Shown: positions 13,241-25,390 of the stretch, piece after piece | Position numbering within the stretch: the first letter of the stretch is position 1 | How the letters are laid out: the number at the start of each line of letters is the position of its first letter | Assembly (NCBI RefSeq): GCF_036321535.1 | Contig: NC_087436.1 | Span: 50,036,001-50,100,000 of the forward strand | Length of the DNA stretch: 64,000 nucleotides | Direction: 5' to 3' | DNA from: Camelus dromedarius | Taxonomy: Eukaryota | Notes under the pieces: model-generated | Databases searched by the model: none | What the model was told of the DNA's origin: nothing | What the model saw: only the letters and a program-made list of their open reading frames with translations | Made by a program: the position numbers and the translations under genes

Positions 13241-15734
13241 AGAAGAGCTAACTCTTGAAGAGGTGACTTCCTCATCATAATATATATTTCTGAAGATTCC
13301 ACAGACTTCAGGACAGGGATAGGTAAAGAGGGATTCTGTAGATAAAGAGTTAGGCTAGGTGGCATTTAAGATACACTCTAAGATTTAATGATTAATTTGT
13401 ATCAGTACCTCATTTCCCTGTCATCTCTCTGTCAAACTAAATAATTACTCTTTTTATCATTCTGCTTTAGAAATGGCATATCATTTAATTGTGACAATTA
13501 AAACATAACATATTCTTGAGTCCAAAACTTTAAAAACAATCAGCAAAATCCAGCTAAAATACAAATTGAACAAAAAAGAAAATCACCGAAGAGTTATTGA
13601 TATCAGAACTTAAAATTGGCATGGGTAATTTTTACCAGTTTTAAGGGCAAGGGTAGTTTGCCCACAAATGCAAAAGCCTCATTTATTTCACAAAAAGTAA
13701 AGATTTTTAGGCAGAGGAAGAGAGAAAGAAAGCAAAAGCAGACAGGCTGAATGCTGCTTTTAGCCTTGGCAGTCTCACTGCAGGGTACGGGTCAGAACTG
13801 TATCTATTTAAAACTGCTTGGTAAGTTATTCTGAGGAAAATCTATAATGCATCACACCTTGTAAATCCTCCACCTGCTGCCTAGAAAAATAGAACCTAAT
13901 AAAAACTGCTTGAGACATAATTTGGCTCCCCTTTGCTTAATCGCAGACAGAGGATAAATGGATAGAAGCGGATGGCTATTATTTAACATTTATTAAGCAC
14001 CCACAGTGTACCTGGTATTACATAAAACATGGATGAATCCGTCCCTTCTTAATACCAAACTTCAGTTTCAAGCAAAATTGTGTGCACACACAGCTAGAAC
14101 ACTTTTAAAAATATCATCCATGCTATATGCTTAAGCTTCCCATGTATATACATTTTATATTTGTACATACATACAAAATATACATTTAAAAATATTATCC
14201 TATGCTATATACTATATAGCTAGATATATGCTATATATATGCTAAATGCTCAAGCTCCTCCCTAATACACACACACGCGTGTGCACACACACATATTTTT
14301 GCTTTAATAAGGATCATGAGAAAAATAAGTGTGACCAACAGAACAAAGTTGCTGAAATTGGAAAGTACGAGGGAGAAGAAAAAAAGAAATCTGTTTCTCT
14401 TCAAATAACTATAATCAATTAATATTAATTAACTTCTCTAGCTTTCATGGGGCTCTTATTTCAGGCTATACCTATGTAGATTTATGTACGCATAGATGAT
14501 ATTACATTTTGTGCTGGAAAAAAGTAATGTAGAAAGAACAAAAGGAATTTAAAATATCAAGATTGAGGAGTGGTCATTTATTCAGTCATGTGGGTAGTAA
14601 CATGTATGAAATTAAGTGATGGGCGTGGTAAAACTTGGAAGGGGAGGGACTAATATGATAAAAACTTATTTTATGATAAAATGGTGTAACAGTAGTGAAA
14701 ACTCTTCTCTGCTATCAGATTTTTGGTCTGTAAATTCCATTCCTATTATCCAGGTTTTCTGGGTTTCCATTACCTTCATGACTGGTATTACTGTATCAGT
14801 ATCTGTGTTTCACACATCACCACTATATCACACGGCTGTAACTAAACAGTGACCCTGTGGCCGCCGGCCTCTGTGGCAGGCTGTTGGTCACCACACATTG
14901 TCAAGAAGCATGCATGTTAACACAGAAAAGCATATTCACATACAGGCATGTGCACAGTTATCACTTCAGTTTTCAGCACTTTAAGTTTATTTCCCCCGAA
15001 GGGGCATCTCCTTCCACATTAATTCCAACAAAGTCAGTTCAATATTTGCTGAGCACATACACTGTACCACGTGTTAATTAGGGGCTTAGAATATAAGAAG
15101 AATATAAAGAAGATGATAAAAAAAATCCTGCCTTTGAGGAATTCATGGCTTAAATGAGGACACAGAAATATTAACTAGAGATTTGAGAAGTACGGTAATA
15201 AAGAGTGTGTGGAAAATGCTTTGGGGGACACAAGTGAACACTTGATCCCACCCTGTACTTGGAGACACTCGCCTCTGGTTATAGGAATCAAGTCTACTTT
15301 CAATGAGCAGTGTAAGAAGCAACGAGTGAGGCCCTCTTAGATGACACTAGTGTACAAACCAGTTATTTAGCAACTAATCATGGATTCCTTAGGGTGCCTC
15401 CGATACTGTAGCTCTGTGTGGTTTGCTGCTCTTGCCCGTCTTTACGTGCTGTTTCCCCAGCTCTGTAGCAAGCTCCTGACGTCTTGCCCGCAGCCATTTC
15501 TCTACCATCTTCATTTCAGTCGTAAAACAGAAAATCATGGCTATGTTTTCATTCCCCCTCTTCTCAATTAGGCACTTCCTCAGCTGAGATCCCAAAGCAC
15601 TTTATAAGTGCTTTTAAGAAGAAGCACTTTAAAGAAGAAGGTATTTTCTTTCTTTTCTTTTTAAATGAGGCTTGTATATCTGACTCCCTGAGGCTAAGCT
15701 CCTTGAGGTCAGGGACTGGGTCTTATGTCCGGCA

Positions 15735-16548
15735 CAGGAGTTGCCAAATTTAGCAAATCAAATACTGAATTGCCCAGTTAAATTTGAAGCTCAGATAGTT
15801 ACTAATTTTTTATGTATATAATCATCTTTGTTGTAATTTGTGAATGCATTGGAAACTGACATGAATGTCTTTAAGAAGACATCTAATTTCTCATGGGTGT
15901 CTGCTTTTCACTCACTGTTAGAAAATCCAGTTTACTTCAGAATGGTAAAAAAGGTCAAGTAATATCTTGGTGCTACTGTGACAAGTTTCCAACTCATAGG
16001 AAACCTGGGCCTCCCAGGTCAAAAGACTATACTGTCTTAACAGGTCTGCCCCACTCAAGTGTCTTCTGGAATTCTTTAAAAATTTCAGTGGCCCCCGGGC
16101 AACAGAATATTCTATCACTCTGCTGGTGTTTAAGGTCCACTTCTAGTGTTAAACACTGTTCCCAAACATTTTCAAACTGTCCAGGCTTATCTTCCAAAAA
16201 TAATGTGTTACTCACTTTCCCACCTCTCCCTGCAAATAAAGGGCCCCGAAGCATTCAGTGTTAACTGCAAAGTTAGGCAGGGCTCCTCTTCTCTCCCCAG
16301 ATCAAGTTATTTAGGCTCCCAAATGAACGTGAGCACCGCAAACCTAGGGCAGTGGTCTTTCCCGAAAAGAATAGTAATTTTTAATACAAATGTATTTCAA
16401 ATATTTCATGGACATAAGTTTTGTACTTGTAGTAATATTTAGATTTATACTAATACTTACATATTTATACTCATATTAAAAATTATCCATTGCTTATCTG
16501 AAATTCAAATTTAATGAGGCATTCTGTATTTTTAATTTGGCAACCCTA
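15735..16548. mobile_element. MER53 palindromic hAT MITE, split by a ~550-bp insert
   Basis: Left arm 'caggagttgccaaatttagcaaatcaaatactgaattgcccagttaaatttgaagctcagata' and right arm 'tatctgaaattcaaatttaatgaggcattctgtatttttaatttggcaaccct' are inverted copies matching the recalled MER53 consensus. Confidence 0.85.
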
Positions 16549-17547
16549 CATGGGGATGACCCAACAAGGATCACTGTGGCACATGGAAACATTTTTTTTT
16601 TCTTTTTTGTGGTATATGCAAGCTGTTTGTCACATTTCTGCTGTAGTGGAGCATGACGTAGATCATATGATTGTCATGCTGCCAGTGGATGAGCTCTTGA
16701 TTTTCAACACCGGAGATAAAAATGAGACAATTCCACAAAGGAGAAAATGACTCACTGCTTTATAATTACCAGTATAATAATCACCTCTGTAGGGGAGGCG
16801 CTTCTCGGTTTCTCATTGGATTTCGTGATCTATGATGGTGATCCCTCTGTGGAAATGTTTCTGAAACCAGTGGGCATTTCATGCTCATCTGATTCGCAAG
16901 AGACTGGATCCCTGGGCCTAAATATCATTTCACTTGTGAACCAGCTTCGGGGAGTAAAGAATCTTACATGTCATTTCAGGACAATAACCACCCTGGTGTG
17001 TGATATACGACAAGGTGCCTCACCTTGTTACGAGAGAGTTTTCTTTCCTAGTAAGAAATAGGGAAATGGATACTGTTGGTCTCATGGCAGTGATAACTTC
17101 TGCTATGCTCGGTACTGTACATGCAAATCTTCAGGATGCTTAAATACAAGGGATTTACCATTCTCTTAAAGTCTTAGACATGAAGAGAGATCTACTCTGA
17201 CATGTGGTTTGTCTCCTCCTATTTTTGAAGAGTCCACATTTGCTTTTTTTTAGCCTCTCTTGATAGATTTATTTATTCCTACATCATTAATTAGAAAGTA
17301 ACACTTGAACACAATAGATAACTGCTTTATTATGATTTATTTAATTAGTATTAAATATTGCCAAACAGCAAATGAATTTTATGAACCTTTCACAAAGTGG
17401 AACTTCATCTTGGAAAAAAAAATTGGGGGTGTAATTTCCTATATTATTTAATAAATATAAATAGCAACATCGCAATTTATTTGACTAAATGTAGGTATCT
17501 ATACTGCAACCTTCTCAGTAGGTTTCCTTCCTATTCGAAGGAAGAAA

Positions 17548-17710
17548 ATTTTTTATATTATATCTTTGTATCTTATATCTATTTTTATATTATATCTTCA
17601 TATCTTGAATCTATTTTATATTATATCTTTATTTTGCATTACATCTTTATATCTTATACCTATTATTTTTATATTATATCTTTATAATATATTTTATATT
17701 ATATCTTTAG
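17548..17710. repeat. Degenerate AT-rich minisatellite with core 'ttttatattatatcttt'
   Basis: Five to six imperfect copies of the core are visible at roughly 30-bp spacing. Confidence 0.8.
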
Positions 17711-17739
17711 TTTTTTTTTTCTCTGAAAGGGACAAAGAA

Positions 17740-17890
17740 CCATTTTGTGCCTCATTTTTCTCATCTATAAATAGAGAGTAATAGTAACATCTATCATTTT
17801 AAATAAAGGTAAGTGAAAATTAACTAACACATGTAAGGAGCATAGAGTGGGGCATGGCACCTAATAAAACAACGCAATTTTAGCTATAGC
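17740..17890 (+). mobile_element. MIR fragment (3' half)
   Basis: 'tgtgcctcatttttctcatctataaatagagagtaatagtaacatcta...catgtaaggagcatagagtggggcatggcac' follows the MIR core and tail. Confidence 0.65.
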
Positions 17891-18409
17891 AGTAATTTCC
17901 TGGCATCTCATGAAATCCCACTCCATTCTTGGCATCCAGCTCAAATGCTGGCTTTTCCTTTAACATGGCATGGGTTTTTTGCAAGTTCCTCGGGGCTCTT
18001 TCTGCCAGTCACAGGACACTTAACAATAATTCTCTCTGCTGTGATGATTGTGTACAAGTTCTGTCATAAGTCTCCTGTTAGAATCTGATTCTCAGCAATG
18101 GTCGGTTTGTATCTCAATTATTTCAATACTCTTTAAAGGTTTTGCTGAAACAAATACCCTGTACACTTATGTAGTTGAATAAATAAACAAAATCCAAGGT
18201 GAAATATGTTTGCTAAAAGTTCAGTCTGGAAAACCTTCAATCCATTCAAAGATACCATATGTTGAGAACAAGTTAATGTCTATTTGGTTCTGTTAGCCCT
18301 TTGGGAAAAATTGAGTAAGGCTTAGTTAATTTTTCTTGCCTGATCTTGGGGACTATTCCTTCAAAGGAGCCCAGATGTGACTGGATTGCTCTGTAGAGAT
18401 ATGTATGCT

Positions 18410-18700
18410 TCAGGGCAGAGTTAACAAGTGATGGAGCAATCAGTCAGCAGTAAGTGGCATATAACAGCTGGGTGTGGTCAGGGAAGGAACAGAGAGCCCT
18501 GCCGAAACCACTGTCATTCCAGGGTGACTGCGGACAAACTGGAGGCTGCACGTCTCTGAGGAACAATGTAAGGGGCTTAATAGTGTGTTGGAGAAATTGA
18601 CTTCACTTAAATAAGGCAGCTGGTCACTAAAGAATAAATAACCAAATAATAATAACAAGCCCCGTGGTGGGGGCAGTGATGACAGCAGTACCCAGAGTGG
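18410..18700 (+). mobile_element. Old L1 (L1MC/MD-type) 5' region fragment
   Basis: 'aaaccactgtcattccagggtgactg...gacttcacttaaataaggcagctggtcactaaagaataaataaccaaataataataacaagccc' resembles L1MCa/MDa 5' sequence. Confidence 0.55.
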
Positions 18701-18728
18701 CTGTCCAGAGTGGCTGTCCAGAGTGGCT
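18692..18728. repeat. 13-bp tandem repeat (ccagagtggctgt) x ~3
   Basis: Two perfect units plus an 11-bp third unit, seen directly. Confidence 0.95.
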
Positions 18729-19149
18729 TAAGGCTCCAAGCACAAATCAAGTGCATTAAGCAGAATCTCATATTCCACGTGCCGCCTGAATTTTAACCTC
18801 TTAACCTTGGAAGTTACTAAAAGAGTCTAAGTGCTCACCTTGCTCAGGGTCCCATACCCTACCGGATCCCGTCCTGGTAGCTGTTGAATGTCATGTTAGC
18901 TGTATAATGTCTTATCTTCTAAGAAGAAAAGACATTTTAGAATTGTCTTCTAACACTTCTAATTGTCCTTGATGAGAAAATTGGTTCAAATTATCTAGCT
19001 GGCCATTAATGGAAGCAAAAAAGTGATTAATTTGTACTTTCACAAAATCTTATACGATATTTATTTTGAGAAATAAGAGCTATGCATATCTTTTTTCACT
19101 AAAAAGAAAAAGAGAGAGAGAGAGACAACGGTTCTTCTTCTCCGCAATA

Positions 19150-19390
19150 TACATCATGGGGACTTTAGTTAATGATACTGTACAGTGTATTTGTAAGTTG
19201 CTAAGAGAGTAGATCTAATAACTTCTCACCACAAGGAAAAACAATGTGTAACTACGATTGGTGACAGATGTTACCCAGCTTTATTGTTGCAATCATTTCA
19301 CAATAGATACAAATATCGAATCATGCTGTATTCCTGAAACTAATAAAATGTTATATGTCAATTATACCTCAAAAAGAAAAAAAAAAAGAG
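19150..19390 (+). mobile_element. 5'-truncated L1 (L1MA9-like) 3' end with A-tail
   Basis: 'aagttgctaagagagtagatct...aatcatttcacaata.atacaaatatcgaatcat...ctgaaactaata.aatgttatatgtcaattatacctc' followed by poly(A). 'ggttcttc' recurs on both flanks (possible TSD). Confidence 0.85.
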
Positions 19391-19539
19391 TGGTTCTTCC
19401 CAACTTCATCAAAGCAAAAGAACTTCTTCAGATTGCATTCATTCAATTAAATTCATGCCTTGGTTTGAACCATCATTAATGCTCCCCTGGAACTACCTGC
19501 ACTCTTTTCTGGCATGTACTACACTTTTCTCTCCTCTTT

Positions 19540-20660
19540 TTTTAAATTTTTTATTGAAGTCTGATATAAATATGGACACACGCACTCACAAGTAAATCTT
19601 GATATATTTTTACAGATTGAACAGACTTAGTCACCAGCAACAAGATCAATAAACAGACCTTTCTTGAACCTCAGAATATCCCTCACACTCCCTGTCATTG
19701 TTCCTTGCCGAGTGTAATCACTGTTCTGACTGAAATAGAGCATTAGTTTGGTCAGTCCTTGTAGTTGGGTAAGTGAATTTAGAGTATGTCCTATTTTGGG
19801 GTCAGCTTCTTTTGCTCAACATCTAATTTTTGAGTTTTACCTACTGTTGTAGGTAGTGACAGATTATTTATTCTCATTTCCACCTTATTTTCCACTTTGT
19901 GAATTTGCCACAGTTTATCTACATATTTTACTGTTGATGAGAATCTGGATACATTCTAGTTTTTGCCCATTACATGTGATGTTTGCCTGCATATGTAAGT
20001 GTGTTTTGGTGAACATAGGTACACATTTTTGTTAAGTATAGACCTAGGAGTGGGATTTTTGATTCTCAGAGTAGGTATATCTTCAGCTTTAGTAAATACA
20101 AACAGTTTTCCCATGTGGTTATACATATTTACATACCTGCATGGAGTTCATGACAGTCTGGTGACCCCCATATCCTCACACAAGCTTGGTGATTTTTTTC
20201 ATTTCTCATGCCCTGCCCGTGGCTTTAATGGGCATTTCCCTGATGAGGCCAAGAGTTTTCCATGCATCTAAAAACTGCTTGAATATTCTCTTCTATGAAA
20301 AGTCTGTTCAGAATTTCACCCATTTCCTGCTAGCTTGTCTACCTTTATCTCAGTGATTTACAGGTGTTATTTATACATTCTGGATATAAGGATTTTTGCC
20401 AGATACATTTAACATATAATGACATATATCTGACAAAAATAATATGTAACATATAATTATATAATCATAATTACATATAAAATATGTGAATATATATTTT
20501 GTCATATGTACTACATATTTTTAATATCTTCCCCCAACCGATGGGTTGCCTTTTTACTTTTTAATGATTTCTTTGATGAAGAGAAGTTTTGAATTTTACT
20601 GTAGTCCAATTTGTTATTTTTTGTTTTAAATTTACTATTTGTATCTTAAGACTTTTCTTA
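19540..20660 (-). mobile_element. L1ME-type fragment (3' UTR and end of ORF2)
   Basis: T-rich start 'ttttattgaagt' and antisense L1 motifs 'gcttcttttgctcaacat', 'gacctaggagtgggatt', 'ttctggatataag', 'gatgaagagaagttttgaatttt'. Confidence 0.75.
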
Positions 20661-23600
20661 CTCTAGCTTGGAAGTGAACAAAAATATCTGGAGTTCATTT
20701 GGAAAAAAACACATCTCTAACAAAGTATAAAGAATAATGGGATAATATGACCTCATGAATTGTTCAAAAAGATGGGGAATAGCTTTCTCAGTGGGGAAAA
20801 CAGGTAAATAATACAGTACTTATGTCAAAAGGGGAAAGTGGAAACCCTTGAGCTGTAGATTTAGTATATTAAAGATCTAAATATTTCAGAAAAGTCATAT
20901 CAATCTATCTACCTATTTATTTTTGAGAAATGCCACTCCCTGGTTTACGTAGTAAACCTCACTCACGATGCCACATATTTGAAGATGAATCCCCAGACTC
21001 ACTGCGCATATGCCTCCTACATGACCATTGCTATCAAAGTAGGTGGACTCTGTATTCAGATATTACAGAGCCCTATTGTTTTGTAAGATTATAATTACAG
21101 AGTATTGAGACCTATGCATTTTAATAACATTTTCTTCCCTTCTGGCCTACATACACATAGATAATAATATAAGTAACTATTTCATAGTATTTATGCGCTT
21201 TATCTATGTAGTATATAGCATTCCACATTAACACTTGGCCTGCTAAAATAAACGGAAATTAGCAGAGAAGAAATATGAGGACGAGACAGCTTCATGTTAA
21301 GTAACTACATCGGATATGTACATTGAAACTGTGCTTGACTGTTTAAGTACTTGAAAACACGCAAGACTGTTAAAGTCATAGGATCTAAAATTGATTAAGC
21401 AATAAGAAGCTTTTCCTTCATTAATATTTCAAAACTCACAAATGGATAAAAAATTCTTTAATCACAAGGTCAAAATGAATATATTCTTCATTTTTAAAAT
21501 GTGTTTATAAACGACTCTGTGACCAGATAATACAAACTCTGAATTCTACAAATATCCTGAGGGAACAGTGAATTATTGTTTTGAATAAGAACTGTAGTGA
21601 AAGTGCAATTCTGAGAATAATCAAAATATGATTTATCAAAGCAGGAAAAGGCAGGGTATCTAGACTTTCCAAGGAAGCTACTGTTCTAGGAGTAAGCTGT
21701 TGCACTGTCAGAAAACTAACAAAGAATCTCAAAACGTCCCATTTGACAAGGTTGTAACAATAATATTATATAACAATACTGGCTACCATGTATTGAACTT
21801 TGATAAGCCAGATGTTGTTAAATGTTTAATACACCATATTTAGTCAAGTTTGTGATAGTCATTTTTTATATTTTAATACCTTTTGAAATAGATTCTTCTT
21901 AAAATAGATGACCTCTTATCATTTTTGTATGCAAGACAACAATTGTCTACTCAACATTGCCTGCACATGTGCAAACTTGGTCATTGCTGCTCACATTTTT
22001 CTCATTTCAACCCACTTAGTTCTATCACACATGTTAAGCTTAACTGCTATTCTAAATGAGTTTAAAAATATACTGGATCAAGGTATTGAAAATAATTATG
22101 CATGCAGAAGGGCATAGATATGGAAGTGTACACAGATAAACATGGAGATGAACTCTAAATGTAGTATTTATGAGAGGAAAATTAATCAGAGGAATGACTA
22201 CAATTCCATATTTTCTTGAAAAGCCATGACAAAATGCTTTCAGGATCTAAAAAAGGAAGATATTTATAAATGCAATAATCTCTATTACGTATTCTTTCTG
22301 AGCTATGTAAGAACGAATTGCCTGTCATTAACAAGGCTTTATACCTAAAAAGTAGGAATATTGCTGTATCCCTTAAAATAGATGAGGGAAACTTCAAATA
22401 AAACAAGGGTAAATACGATTGATTTTTCTACAGGGCAAGACCACAATTAAGACATTAAATACCAATTTGTTAGAAACTTTCTATTGACTTGGAAAAAAAG
22501 TTGCTCATATTTTGAGTGATCTGTCATTGAAAGAAGAGGGAAAAATAAAATTTTATGTTTAGATAAATAGTAAATTGCCAGCATCAGCAGTTCCAGAATG
22601 AGTGTTAACAATATTAACAATAAAGCATACTTTCTGCCACTGACACCAATGATTCTGAGGAAAATCCAAGCTGTTGTCCAATGTCAACTGCAAAATAAAG
22701 GAAATATTTGTAAGTAATCCTTATATTCATTCACTAAGCATTTATGGCTCAAATATCCAGCTGTTTCTCCAGAATCTTTTTCATCAAATTTAGTATCTTT
22801 CACCTACTTTGTACCACATAAGGTAATAATGAGTTTCATATATTATAATCTATAATAGAAAAAAGAGATTATTTTTGTTTGTCCTAAAAATCAACATTAT
22901 GTTCTATAATCCATGCATTTCACAAACACATTTTCTTTCCTTCATCTTTCCCTTTAATTAATTTTCAATTTCAAATATAGAAATTCTCAGCTTTTATTTT
23001 TTGACATTGGAAAATAGTTTTTAATCCTTCACTCATAGACATTTAGAGAGAATCTCTAACATCTTGGTTAACTTTTTCTAGAACCTCTATAGCTGCATTT
23101 TAATATCTACAGCTACAGTGAACGAAGGGAAAGGTTTACAGGAGTGGTGAATCTTTGATTTATGGATTATATACAAATGTCTTGCTTCTCTTAGTAACTT
23201 GTCAATTGTGTTAATGTCTTTAAGAACCAGACTGCAATGAACCAAAGCCTCTTTTTCTGAATAGAGTGAGACTTTATAGTCACTTTAGTAAAACTGTCTC
23301 TTTTTTCTAAATGCAGCTCCAATGTGCCTCTGCAGCATTTTAACCAGTCAACAATCTTATATCTTCCTGTGATTTATCTCTGTTAGCTTTGACTGACACT
23401 ACCTGAGAGCTAAGAATTGGGTCATTCCACCCATTTTACTGCTTCTCCATCCAAAGTACAAGTATTTCAGAGATATAATTTATTTTAGAGTTTTTCTACA
23501 CACAGTCTCATCTGAGAGATAGATGTTAAATGAAGTCAGAGCAATGAAATAATTTGACCAAGGAGTCACAGCTTTTCTATAGCAGGCTTGGTATAAGAAC

Positions 23601-23784
23601 TATGGCTCCACAATATGAGCTCACAACGCTGTGCTCTTTATTCCAAGTCTGTTTATTCCATCTTTCTAATTACTTTTATTAAGTTAGCTTCCTAACAAAG
23701 AATTTCTTTCCATATCATTAAAACTCATTTTTTTTTAAAATGGACTTTTTAAGAAATCTGATAACTCAAGGGACTATCTTGAAG

Positions 23785-23960
23785 AGGTTGAAAACTTAGC
23801 ATTTGGAGTCAGAAATACATCAAATAAAGTCTGAGCTATGCTAGCTGTGTGATACAAGCTTTTACTAAGTCAAGTTTCTTTTTTTTTTTCCCTTAATTTG
23901 TATAATGGGAAAAATCATATCTACTTACAAAATTGTTGAAAAAAATTGTGTAAAATATAT
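23785..23960 (+). mobile_element. MIR, degenerate
   Basis: 'ttggagtcaga...ctagctgtgtga...tgtataatggga..atatctacttacaaaattgttg' follows the MIR order. Confidence 0.5.
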
Positions 23961-24319
23961 GAGACTATATATCTTATTCCTGGGCCATCATGAGTCTTTA
24001 ATAAATGTTAGTATTTTATTATGATTGAGAAAATGAATGAAATAGACCAAAAGGTGAGCAGTAAAGATGACATGGTGAAAAAAATCATGAATATTTATTC
24101 TTTTTATGTAACTTTTCCAAATATTATATAAAATCACTGTAATAGTGAATAACGAATAAATAAATGGAATTAAATTGTAGAGAGAATAAACAGAACATAA
24201 ATAATTCTTCCAGGTTCTCTGTGGTGATGGAGAGGTCTGGGAAACTAAACAGGTTTGTTTCTTGTCACTCGTCACCCCAAGGTCCATCTTCCTGACAAAT
24301 AAGCATAGAAGAATTAAAA

Positions 24320-25051
24320 CAGCAGGCTAAAAGCACAATGAGATGCACTACATAACTATTAGAATGGCTACAATTTAAAAAGACATACCACACTTGGAGC
24401 CACTAGAATTCATTTAATTTTCTGGTGGAAATGCAAAATGATGCAGCCACTATAGATAACATTGTGTTCGGTTTGGGGGGATTTTTTGACATCAAAGATA
24501 CAGCCATTCCACTTCCAGGTATTTAACCAATGCCCAGGAAAAAGGTATTGGAAAACAAATATCCATTTAAAGACTTGCACACAAATGCTCATAAAATCTT
24601 TATTTGCTGCAGCCTAAAATGGAAACAATACCAATGTCCATTTACAAGCAAATGGATAAACAAATCATGATATGTCTATACAATGGAGTACTATGCAGCA
24701 ATAAAAAGAAATGAACTATTGATACTCACAACATGGATAAATTATTTAAATAATTATGCTGAGTGAAAGAAGCAAGACACTCTCCCTCCCACCCTGCAAC
24801 AAAAAAGTGTACATTCTGACTAATTCCATTTAGTGTGGAATCTAGAAAATGTATGCCAAAATATAATGACAGAAAGCAAATAAGTCGTTGTCTGAGGGAT
24901 GGAGGTGGGACTAGGGAGTGAGAGTATCAGACAAATTTGGGAGGTGATAGATATGTTCATCATGTTGATTGTAACAGTGGTTTCACAGATGTACACACAA
25001 GTTGTCCCACTGCATGTACATTTTAAATAGTGCAGCATATTGTATGTCAAT
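24320..25051 (+). mobile_element. L1MC/ME-type 3' fragment
   Basis: 'cacaatgagatgcactaca..tattagaatggcta', 'gcagcaataaaaagaaatgaactattgatac', 'attatgctgagtgaaagaagc', ending 'tattgtatgtcaatta'. Confidence 0.85.
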
Positions 25052-25053
25052 TA

Positions 25054-25390
25054 CAGTTTACCTTCTGTGGTCACAGGTTCTACATCTGCAAATTCAACCA
25101 ACCATGGATAGTAAAGATATATCTATTTTTAATCCAGAAAGTTCTAAAGAAGCAAAACTGAATTTACTACATGCTGGCAAAGATTTACATAGCATCTACA
25201 CCTCATTTACAACTCTTTACATTGTATTAGGTATTCTACATAATCAAGAGATGATTTAAAGTGAATGGGAGGATGTGCATAGGTTATATGCAAATATTAT
25301 GCCATTTTATTCAAGGGACTTGAGCATCCTCCGATTTTGGTATCTCGGGGGGTCCTGAAACCAACCCCTGTAGATACCAAGGGATGACTC
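25054..25390. mobile_element. Tigger3a/MER7-type non-autonomous TcMar-Tigger element inserted at a TA in the L1 tail
   Basis: Degenerate TIRs 'cagtttaccttctgtggtc' and 'gataccaagggatgactc' with TA on both sides. Internal 'gagatgatttaaagt...gggaggatgtgcataggttatatgcaaata..atgccatttta...agggacttgagcatcc'. Confidence 0.85.

Noticed and set aside
17548..17710. Regularly recurring motif with variable spacers (CRISPR-like appearance)
   Set aside because: Mammalian DNA; the spacers are themselves AT-rich derivatives of the unit, so this is a degenerate minisatellite.
20425..20510. AT-rich imperfect inverted repeat (also similar at ~14105-14260)
   Set aside because: Low-complexity TA-rich expansions readily form such palindromes, and there is no evidence of an RNA gene.
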